Below are positions 52,980 through 64,000 of a stretch of DNA of 64,000 nt, in pieces. Source of the DNA: Octopus sinensis (taxonomy: Eukaryota); contig NC_043002.1 in assembly GCF_006345805.1 (NCBI RefSeq), positions 24,490,001-24,554,000 on the forward strand, read 5' to 3'. A model generated the notes under the pieces. The model saw only the letters and a program-made list of their open reading frames with translations, was not told the origin of the DNA and did no database searches. Made by a program: the position numbers and the translations under genes. Positions within the stretch are counted from its first letter, which is position 1. Every line of letters starts with the position of its first letter.

Positions 52980-52985
52980 ATGTAA

Positions 52986-53017
<32 letters not shown>

Positions 53018-54619
53018 TGACAGGATGGTCACAACAGTAATATCTTTGATTCAAAGCTACTTTGTTGATATCTTTCACATTAGTGTGAAAGATTTCAACA
53101 GCAAAAATGAACTGACATAAGACTAAGAAAGAAGGGAGGAGAGCATCAAAAGATATGGTCATGACCACAACTTTTGACTTGATTTTTAATGATGTAGCAG
53201 TGACCCCTATCTTCCTTAGATTATCTAATACTAAAATCAAATAACATAGAAGGCATATTAAAAAAATTATCTCCATCAGTATCATCGCCATCACCAGAAT
53301 CATTAATGTCAAACAAAATGCTTTCTGGTATTTTTTCTTGATCTTTACATTCTGAGTTCAAATCACGCCATGGTCAACTTCCAACAAGATCAAGAAAATA
53401 AAGTACCAGTCATGTACTGAGGTTAATCGTATTAAATAATCTCTTCCTCCCAAAACTGACACCCTTATACCTGAGAAACAATTCCCCTTCCTCCCACAAA
53501 ATTTCTGGTCTTGTACCTATGTTAGAAACAATTATTATTATCATAATTTTCATTAAGGTGGCAATCTGGCAGAATCGTTAGCACACCAGGCAAAATGGTT
53601 AGCGGCATTTTGTCTGTTGCACATTCTGCATTTAGTTTCTGCTAAGGTCATCTTTGCCTTTCATCCTTTTGGGTTTGATTAAATAAGTACCAGTTGAGCA
53701 CTGGGATCGTTGTAAGCAACTTACATACTCCCACCTCAATTGCTGCCAAAATTTGAAACCATTATTATTATTTTCATTTTCGTCTCTCTTTCCAACTCTG
53801 CTACAATTTAACCTGCCTACTCTTATATAATGCAAGTTAGCTTTGTGTCTCCTCAACAACAAGAAACTCATTCCTGTCTCTTCTCCCATACTTTAACCTC
53901 TCAACATCTGGCAAAAAGCTGTTTCTCTCTCAACTGTTGTCTCATTCAAGCAAGGAAGTTCATTAGTCTTGCAAGTTACATGAGGACCTTTCTGGCGCTG
54001 GTGTCATGAAAAAAAGGTACCCAGTATACTCCATAAAGTGGTTGGCATTAGGAAGGGCATCCAGCTGTAAAAACCATGCCAAAGCAGACACTGGGGTTGG
54101 ATGCAATCATTCAACTCATTGCTTTCTATTGAACCTAACCTATACCATCATAGAAGACAGACAGTAAATGATGATGATGACCTTAAGCACCATCATCTCT
54201 ATTCCTTGCATCTTCATGTCCATTTTCACCATTACTTTCACTATAATCATCACTATACATCACCACCACTGCCACTATCAAAATCCACCTACCTACTCAT
54301 CCCATCACCACTGTAACAACCACCACAACCACTACCAACAACCCTACTACTACCTTCTAAAAATAACAGTGAGTTCCTTCTGTGGTTTTATACAGATAAG
54401 AAAATTAATTAAAAGATAGTAGTTTTAGAAAGCTTAACTCATTATCTCATTGATGGTGATTTGGTACAGTTCTAGTGTAATAGTGTAATGGAGTATCATG
54501 GACTGAAGTGTTGTACACTCTGTGGCATAGTATCATGGAGTACGGCATATTTGTGTTCAGTAGTATTATTGTTCTAGTGTGTTGTAATGTCATATGTAAT
54601 GTAGTTGGAGTTCTAGTGT

Positions 54620-54950
54620 GGTGCATAGCTCAGTGATTAGAGTATCAGGCTTACAATTGTGAGGTTGTGTGTTCAGTTCCCAGACTGGGCTGTGTGATGT
54701 GTTCTTGAGCAAGGCGCTTTATTTCACGTCGCTCCAGTTCACTCAACTGTAGAAATGAGTTGCAATATCATTGGTGCTGAGCAGTATTGGCCTTTCCCTT
54801 TCCCTTGGACAGCATCGGTGGAATGGAAAGGGGAGGCTGGTATGCATGGGCGACTACTGGTCTTCCATAAACAACCTTGCCTGGAGTTGTTCCTTGGAGG
54901 GAAACTTTCTAGTTGCAATCCTTTGGTCACAAATGACCAAAGTCTTCATA
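54620..54950 (+). mobile_element. CORE-type SINE family D (tail type 1)
   Basis: A-box-like TAGCTCAGTGATT, CORE-like segment, homologous to 13475-13795. Confidence 0.85.
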
Positions 54951-57900
54951 GGTGTAGCATCACAAAGTGTGTTGGAGTATCAAGGAATGTAGCATCTTTG
55001 TGTTGAGTGGTATTATTGTTCCAGTATGCTGTAGTATGGTGGAGTGTGGTGTGTTTAGTCATGTAATGTGTTTAGTCTTATGTTAATCCTGATCAATAAG
55101 AACTTTAATCACTCATTCTAGTCATGACCACTCCATATTTTTTCAGATATAATTATCCAATGTTTTAAGATAGTAGAGTGAAATTAGGATATTCGGTTGC
55201 TATTTCGACCAGGTTGAGCAACCACATGCAGACTGCCTCATTGACTCATGTGGTTTCATGTAATGTGACTTCAAGTTGTGTAGTGTGGTGTTGGATAATG
55301 TTATGTTGTATCATATCATGTGACTTGGTGTTGTATGGTTTGACATTGTCAGGTCAAGTTTGATTTGTTGTGGTATTGTGTAATGAATTGTGATATAGTA
55401 CAATGTATATAGATTGGTATAGTGAAGTGTTGTATGGTATAGTGTGATGAATTATTGTGTTTTCTTGGTACACTGCAATACACTGAAAACAAGAAATCAA
55501 TTTTGGTTTCCTGTCACCAGTAAAATATAGCTCCAATCTGTCTTGCTCTGTTCTCTCTCCATCGCCATTGTTATACACCAAGATTTTTCAGATGTGAACA
55601 TCTATCAGTCTTCTTGAATACAGATTTCCCAATAATTTATTGTTTCTTTATAATGGCACTGTCCTGTCTTTTAGCAGTTTCTGACTTGAAACATTTGGAA
55701 TATTTGTAATTAGTTTATTGATGATCTTACATAGACATGACCTTTCACTTTTAGGGATTATTGTCACAATTTAAAGGATGTATATATGCAGTTTAGTTGA
55801 AGGGCTGGTCCTCGTATAATTGTATCTGATACTATCAAACCCTGTGTTTAAGCAATGGTCATGACAGTTTTTTAACTCAGCACTGAAAATTAATGAAACT
55901 TTTGCCAATTCTATCATTTTAGTGGCTGAGAGGTCTGAAGGTGATGTGGTGGGGTTTCTTTAGGGTCACTCAGCCTTTCAGAAATAATAATTAAATCTCC
56001 CCCAAATCACATATCATTGCATTAAAAAATGATGAATTCATTGGATAAAGTTATCCTAGATGTATGATGACTAAAAAAAGATCATGGCGTGACAACTCAA
56101 TATCTTTGTAGGTTTGTTTGCTCTTGGGCTAAAAAACAACAATCTTCCCTGTAGCTTGCAGTTGTGAATTGTACCATTCTGGAGTGGTACTTGTTTACAG
56201 CTAAATTGACTGGACTGTTTGGTACATATGTGTTTCAGTCATGTATTCAACTAATAATTTGTCTCAGTAATAAAGTCACAGTTGGCCAAGTTAGTTGAAT
56301 GTTAGTGTACCTAGTTGTAAATGGATATCTCAAAGAAAAGTCGTCTACTCTTGTACTCAGTTAACCTAGCTATAAATATATATCTCAGAGAGGAACAGTC
56401 ATCTACTGTACCCAGTTTATCTTGCTATAAATAGGTATATGGGGAGTTAAAGTCTAATGCTGTCTATCTATCTGTAAATCAGTACCATTGTTCATTCTTT
56501 TTTGAATCACAATACCACAAATGAGCTTCTAAATGGTCGCTCAACTTGTTATAAATAAGTCAGATTTCCTTTGAATCACATCTGGCCATCTAAAAAAGAA
56601 AAAAAAAGGAAGAACACATTGGGTAATGTAGCCTTGATACACTATATGTAAAATATATAAAATAAAGAAAGATGAGGCTGCTGCAGTTGGGACCCCTTTG
56701 ATCATTGGTCTGTTGGATAAGAGCAGACTTAGTTAAAAAGCAACAACTGAATCACATGATAAACACCACTATGTCAAAAGAAAAGTATAATGACCTCATA
56801 CTCCATTTAGCTATAATATTTTGAAGAATTCCAGCATATACAAGTTTAAACAACGGTTGATTATAAACATCCTTTACTTATCATGTGTTACGCCTTGTTT
56901 CCTAAATATAACTTCACAAACATTCATTTTTATCTGGAAAAGAATTTGAAGATAGTTTATAACTAGCATGTAACCAGCATGCAAGATCATTATTTTTTTT
57001 AGCTGTTCTCAACAAGATGGAGTCTCTCTTACATTGTCACTGTCCTCATTTCCATCTATTTGTCTCTCTCATTTTGTTTTTCTAATTCTTTGCTGACTGC
57101 ACAAAATATTGTCTCTCATGTCTTTATCTCTGTCTTTATATCTAACAATCCATCTAATTTTTCATGCCAGTATGAACAGTTATCTCTCTCTCTCTCACTC
57201 TGTCAATATTGTGATTTCTCTGTCTATCTAATTTTTCATGACTACAACACAATGTTTCTCTCACTCTATTCATCATCTCTCTCTTCATGGCTGTATACAA
57301 TACTCCCCCTCTCTTTCTAATTCTTCATTACATTCGTGTATTCTGTGCTCCATGGTACCTTAGAATAATCAATATCAACAAGATAAGGCACCCCACCCTC
57401 ATATTATCTGCCAATCTTAACACAGCTGAATGGAAGAAGTGATAAAATGGTACCACATAGCACTAAACATTTTGCAAAATATAATTACTTTCATTTACAT
57501 TCTGAGTTCAAATCCTGCTGAAGTTGACTTTGCCCCCATCTTTTTTTTGCTTATGTATGTTGCAATAGAACATACACTAATAATACAGGGGTATATTACT
57601 GGGTAATACAATCACTTATACCGCTCTCTTAAAACATTTTGGGATCTGTATGAAATATACCATGTTTTAGTCAAATCTACATCCTCCTTCAAGTGTTTAG
57701 CATATGCCATCATGCCCCTTTTATCATTTTCCATAATTTGGAAAATTATAAAAGGTCATTAATCTTAGTATTTTCAGGCCAACCTAGATTGGAACATGTA
57801 TAAAAAAAAAAAGCAAAAAGCCTCTTGGCTTCTGCTGTAGTTGTGCAGTCAGATCATGTCTGATCAAACAGATATATATGGCACTAAGTAATTGGCCAAA

Positions 57901-58166
57901 TGACTAGGTACAACCCACACATCAGTTGTTCTGGATATATCACATCTCTAACTGACTGAAGACCATAGCTTGTATTTTGACCTAAAGTGGTTTATCATAT
58001 GGAGTATAGGCTGACATTCTGGACATGTTGTACTCTCTTCACTGTTTAGTCTATTTCTGTATGCCTATAGGTTCTAGTGGTGCAAGTGTAGATATTCATC
58101 TGCATTTATCTCTGGCAGTGTATGTCTTAGCACAGTGTTTGAGGTTTAGTAAAATTACTCATGTGT

Positions 58167-58415
58167 GGAGGCGTGTGGCTTAGTGGTTAGGGTGTCAGCA
58201 TCATGATCATAAGATTGTGGTTTTGATTCCTGGACCGGGTAATGCATTGTGTTCTTGAGCAAAACACTTCATTTCACATTGCTCCAGTCCACTTAGCTGG
58301 CAAAAATGAGTAACGCTGCAATGGACTGGCGTCCCATCCAGCTGGGGAACACATACACCATCGAAACTGGGAAACTGGGCCCATGAGCCTGGCTAGGCTT
58401 TAAAAGGGCACAAAG
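58167..58415 (+). mobile_element. CORE-type SINE family D (tail type 2)
   Basis: GGAGGCGTGTGGCTTAGTGGTTAG head, TGTGTTCTTGAGCAAAACAC CORE-like, GGACTGGCGTCCCATCCAG tail. Confidence 0.85.
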
Positions 58416-61140
58416 AAAGAAAAAAAGTTACTCATGTGTGTCTGTATTTTCATACTTGTTAAGGCTGAGTGGAAGTTGTATTTAATGTTTTTCAGGTGGT
58501 GCTGTTCTAAAGTTCTGAAATGCCATAGATGTATCTGGCTGTTCAGAAGTGATCATATATGCAGTCACAAGAATTACGACAGCTAGAATTTGCTATGGCA
58601 GTAATATTGAGCCACTTTTGTAGAGTGTTAGCAGATGAGAGATAATTTTCTTCAGAAATGGATGAGCCTTAAAAAAAATGCATTCCCAATGATCTGATTC
58701 CTATTACTGACAGTTTGGCTGGAGGTCAGGTCAGCAAGAAATGAACCATGATCCACAAGTAAATCATCGAGGTTTCTTTTCTGTGGGCCTCAGATATTTT
58801 CTTTAAAAAAAATCTTTCAAATTGCATGTATTTCTAGCTCATTGAACTTTTAGACAGTTTTCTTAGTATCGTGATTTTAGAGTCTTTTGTAACATGATTT
58901 GTTTGATTTTTGCTGTGTGATGGAAATGAAGTATTATATATGGATATTTTTATTTGTAAGATATGATATAATGTACATGCAGGCTTTGTACAAAACAAAA
59001 AAAAAAATAGTGAAAGTTAATGATTTTAAAAGTTAATGATTTAAAATACCGAAAGTTAATGATTTTAAAAAGTGGCTGCTGATCCTTGAAACTAGTGATT
59101 CTAGAATCAAGTATACTCACCAAATACATTATGAAATAGCTATTGTAGATTTGAATTAAACATTGGTAGGTAGTGGTTGGTATTTAGCCCCAGGCCAAGC
59201 CTCTTTGAGGAGACTATGAATTCTAGCCATGGTCATGTCTTTTTCTAGACATAATGTAATTAGGTCTAGATTATCCCATATCTTCTTCAATTTTTCGCAG
59301 GTGTGATTTGAGGAAAATTGTGCTGCTATTTCTAGTAATTTGAGCAACCATATAGAGGATCTTTCAATAGCTTGGGAAAGTGTGTGTATATGTGTGGTGG
59401 GTGGTGTGTAATAGGTTGAAGTAAATAGGATTAAAGTTCAGTTTGATCTTAAACTCTTGCAGATTAATGGTTGAAAGGGAAAGCTAAACAGGGTGGGAGT
59501 TGAAAAGGTGGGGTATAATGATGGTGCAGGAGGATATATATACAGGATGTCTGCATGCAAATGTATGTATATACATACTTGCAATCATACACACACACAC
59601 ACACACTCACACCTATATACATACACACATATAAATATATATACATACATACCTGCATACACACACAAGCACATACATATATGTATGCATACACATACAA
59701 ATATATACATATGTTCATACATGACTGCACATGTATATACACACAACACATCCAAGTGAAGATTATTATAGTGTTATTTAATCCCAATGATGTTGATACT
59801 GATGTTGTTTAGTCCAATGTCTACCTTTATTGAACAGACACTCTAATCAAAAGTGTTCCAGCCATGACCATCCTGTCTTTTTTATTCAGGCATTATGTAT
59901 TTAATTCTCATCATCATCATCAAGTGTTTTAAATCTGGGTTTTGTCCCTGTTTATGGGGGTGGCTGGATCTACCTCAATGCCATAGCAATTGAGGCAGGC
60001 AGGTGCAACCCACCCCAACCTTTGGGCTGGCTTGGTGCCCATTCTCCCTTGCTATCATGATGCTTTTTTGGAGCTGAATTTTCTATGGGGAGCATGCCCT
60101 TGCTTACCCCTAACTTCAGTTTCTAGACATGAGTGGTCCCGAGACCAAGGCCTCTACCACAATTTTTAAGAAGTGTGGTGGAAAACTAGCTCAGGAAAGC
60201 AGAGACACTACTCCCTGAGACCCCTTTCTGAGCCCCCCTACCTACCTATATTGTAAAATATACTCATACATGCCAGTTTCCCAAAGACAGTAGGCATTGA
60301 TTTAAATGAAATTTGGTTATTATTTCTAGTAATTCAGACAACCATATAGAAGCATTCCTGTTGATAATGATGCAAATGTTAAGAGTAGTGTTGGTTTTAG
60401 TATTGTTGTTTAACTCCAGACAGACCAGCTTATTATCCACTGTCTACTTGTTTTTCTAAGATGTTTAATGTAATTTGAGGGAGATTGTCTGTTATTTCTA
60501 GCAGGTTGAGTGCCCTGTTAAGTGCCAATTGGGGCTGAATGTACTGTTAATGGTTCTCTTCTTACTAGCAGTTTTCTTCTGTTGTGATTTCATCATTCGT
60601 TATTTCTCAAAAGCTTGGGATCCAATAGTGTGTTGCAGAAATCAATAACAATGTATATATTGATCTCAGTATCAATGTATCAATGACAATATCATAAAAT
60701 GAATAGTTGAAGCATCTTTATAGTTCCGTGTTTCTCTTTTTCTTTTTTGTTTTCTATTTATTCCCGGATGTTGCTTTTCCTTTGAATCATTTATTTCTGA
60801 CTCACAACAGTTTTTATTTTCATTTCTTACTTTTGCTGTTTTCATCATCGTCGTCATCATCATCATTGTCATCATATTAACAATAATACTGATAATATAA
60901 AATTGAACATAATAATAATAATAATAATCCTTTCTACTAAAGGCACAAGGCCTGAAATTTTGAGGGAAGGGTTCAGTTAGTTACATCGACCCCAGTGTGT
61001 AACTGGTACTTATTTCATCAACCTCAAAAGGATGAAAGGCAAAGTTGACCTCAGCAGAATTTGAACTCAGAACATAAAGAAGGACGAAATGCTGCTAAGC
61101 ATTTTGCCTGGCAAGCTAATGATTCTGCCAGCTCACTGCC

Positions 61141-61180
<40 letters not shown>

Positions 61181-62041
61181 TAATAACAACAACAATAATA
61201 ATAATAATTGTAATAATAACAACAACAACAACAACAGCAACAACAATAATGATCCTTTCTACTGGAAGCACAAGGCCTCAAATTTGGGGGAAAGGATAAA
61301 GTTGATTACATCGACCCCAGTGCGTAACTGGTACTTATTTAATTGACCCTGAAAGGATGAAAGGCTAAGTCGACCTCGGTGGAATGTGAACTCAGAACAC
61401 GAAGACAGACGAAATACCGCAAAGCATTTTGCTTGGCATGCTAACAATTCTGCTAGCTCGATGCCTTAATAATAATAATGATAATCCTTTCTATTATAGG
61501 CACAAGGCCTGAAATTTGTGGGGAGGGGGTAAGTCGATTACATCGACCCCAGTGTGTAACAGGTACTTATTTAATCGACCCCCGAAAGGATGACAGGCAA
61601 AGTTGACCAGCAATTTCAGGGGAGGGGATAAGTCAATTACAATGACACTAGTGTTCAACTGGTACTTATTTTATCAACCCTGAAAGGATGAAAGGTAAAG
61701 CTGACCTCTGTGAATTTGAACTCAGAATGTAAAGATGGATGAAATAACATTAAGCATTTTGCTTGGTGTGGTAATAATTCTGCCAGCTTACCACCTTAAT
61801 AATAATAATAATAATCCTTTCTACTATAGCATGGCCAGCAATTTCAGGGAAGAAATAAATTAATTACAAGGGCAGCAATTGGTGCAGTAACAATTTTGCC
61901 ACCTCGTTGCCAAATATAATGATGATAATGATAATAATATTTAAATAGAGGTTAAAAATAGCCTCAGTAAGGGATAAAAATATCCAATGAATTACTGGTT
62001 CATTATCTTTTTTTTTTTTTGTGAAAAGTAATATTCATAAA

Positions 62042-62281
62042 TAACTGCAAAAATTCAACATATTCTCTTACAGATGTTTTGATTTTGCCCAAAGAATTAA
62101 ATTCCAGTAATTAAAAACATTTTATTGGGCAAAATCTCATCAGAGGAGTAGAAAAGGTTATTAGATGTTATATTTCCAAATCTCTGATGAGAATTTGCTC
62201 AATAAATTGTTTTTTAATTACTGGAATTCTTTGGGCAAAATCAAAACAGCTGTAAGAGAATATATTGACTTTTTGCAGTTA
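62042..62281. repeat. Long fold-back (arms ~104 and ~100 bp, 36-nt loop)
   Basis: 62042-62145 is the reverse complement of 62182-62281 with a few substitutions and one small indel. Confidence 0.95.
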
Positions 62282-62354
62282 ATAAATTATTTTAATGCTT
62301 TATCTCCATTTTCTGAATTTAATAATAGTAGTAGTAGTAGTAGTAATAATAATT

Positions 62355-62813
62355 ATAGGCTACAGCAAATATTCTGCTCAATACCACAGATTTGCTTGTC
62401 AGTTGTTTGACCTGAACCAGTTGAGCATGTCCCTTAGTGGCTGACGATATGTGCATCTCTGATCAGAAGCAGAGGTAGTGGGGGAGCATCATAGTTGTGT
62501 GCTGAGAGGAATTCTTAGGGGTTTGGATAATTCACCTTTGGAAACATGGGTGGTTCGTTCAACATCCTTAAACGACCCTTATTCAGGACCTTTTGAACGG
62601 GATGGGCTACTCGACCAGAAGAAAATTCTAACTGGGCCCCACCTGCAAGGTCATGCACTGTTTATCTCGATATGAGATCACCATGTCACGCATGCATGGT
62701 TGTGATGCATGTGCCTGGTGTACCCTTACTAGACGGGTAGTCATGATGGGTATATTTGGCTTCATATATTTTACCCCGGTGTCACTTTGATGGCATGCAC
62801 TGCTCTCTCACTC
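62355..62813. mobile_element. ~460-bp complex-sequence element embedded in (AAT/AGT)n
   Basis: Higher-GC non-repetitive block flanked by AATAATAGTAGT.. on the left and (AAT)10 on the right; single copy in this window. Confidence 0.45.
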
Positions 62814-64000
62814 AATAATAATAATAATAATAATAATAATTCTTTCTGCTATAGGCACAAGGCCTGAAATTTTGGAGAAGTGTGCTAATCGTGGGGACTT
62901 CAGTGCTCAACTGCTACTTATTTTATTGATACCAAAAATATGAAAGGCATAAGTGACCTTGCTGGAATTTGAAATCAGAACATAAAAGTTTAAAGAACTG
63001 CTGCAATGCATATTGATTGGTGTGCTGCCAGTTTGTTGCCTGAATAATAATAATAATCACTTCTACTATAGGCACAAGGTCTGAAACTTTTGGTGAGAGC
63101 GCCAGTCGATTAGATCGACCCCAGTATGCAGCTGGTACTTAATTTATCAACTCTGAAAGGATGAAAGGCAAAGTCAACCACTGCGGAATTTGAGCTCAAA
63201 ATGTAGTGACAAGTGAAATACCGCTCAGCATTTCATCCAGCGTGCTAATGATTCTGCCAGCTTGCCACCTTCACAACAATAATAAGAATGTTTTCCGATA
63301 TAGGCACAATGCAAGAACTTGTGGAGGTGGGTTTACTTGATTACACTAACCCCAGCACTTGACTGGTACTTTATTTTGTCAATTCCCAAAGGATGAAAAT
63401 AATTGTTTTCAACATTGGTGCATGCTCTGAAACATTGGGGAGCAGTTACCCAATTCATCTGACTCCAATATATGACTGGTACATTTCAAGACAGTAGGGT
63501 GTAATTTAAGTGAGATTTGTTGCTACTTCAATGAAGTCAGGCTACCAAATAGAAAGCCTGTTCACTGGTTTGATGTTATGTCATTGTTTGGTCCCAAGTC
63601 AGGCTGTTTGAACAAACCTATGATTATAGGAGTTCCAGCTATGACCACCTTATCTTTTATTTTTTCAGACACATGTACCAAGGACTACACTATTTCATGA
63701 GCCCTTTCTTTTTTAAAGCTTTATGCAGTGATTTGAGGGAAATTTGGTTTCTATTTCTATGAGGTTTAGCATTTGGTGGGATTTGAACCCAGAACATAAA
63801 GAGCCATTAGAAATACTGCTCTGATGATTCTATCTATCCATAGCTAAAAGATTCTTTGTAATATAGGTATAAAGCCAGAAATTTAGGAGAAGAGGTTAAT
63901 CAGTTGAATTGTCCCCAATACTTAATTGGTATTATATTTCATTGATCCCAGAGGGTTTTAAGATAAAGTTGACGTTGGTGGGATTTCAACTCAGAAATGT

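Larger units (their letters stand above)
60929..63400 (-). mobile_element. Head-to-tail chain of ~8 family A2 SINEs separated by (AAT)n
   Basis: Units at ~60929-61142, 61254-61467, 61486-61608, 61611-61797, 61816-61910, 62841-63041, 63059-63271, 63295-63400; most begin CTTTCTACT..AGGCACAAGG on the plus strand. Confidence 0.9.

Noticed and set aside
58497-58600. Acceptor TTTTTCAG|GTGGTG as the next exon
   Set aside because: All three phases hit stops within ~30 codons, with no recognisable product.
59013-59070. Triple AAAGTTAATGATTT repeat
   Set aside because: Short local slippage duplication with no further structure.

Overview
AT-rich, microsatellite-saturated animal genomic DNA. The repeat landscape looks like Octopus (inference from remembered repeat families, not a search). 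It is dominated by tRNA-derived SINEs, RTE-LINE fragments, dinucleotide/trinucleotide repeats and MITEs. There is no complete protein-coding gene, and most long ORFs in the track are microsatellite artefacts. Recognisable coding relics: a hAT transposase split by an RTE-like LINE, a Merlin (IS1595/ISXO2-type) transposase with its left TIR, a full-length 1279-bp decayed mariner and several RTE fragments. Plausible host exons: 17922-18208 (ATG, hydrophobic N-terminus, GTAAGT donor) and a signal-peptide ORF at 50165-50617. Most interesting signal: a repeat family carrying a minimal Penelope-type (type I) hammerhead ribozyme with a non-canonical CUG-Y-N-GA core. It occurs as a tandem pair 391 nt apart on the minus strand (10801-11228; retrozyme/circRNA-like layout) and as a solo copy at 37112-37153. 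Also notable: a young Merlin-type MITE whose TIR matches the nearby Merlin fossil, a head-to-tail SINE chain joined by (AAT)n, and several long fold-back hairpins. All coordinates, alignments and translations beyond the ORF track were done by eye; repeat boundaries are approximate.
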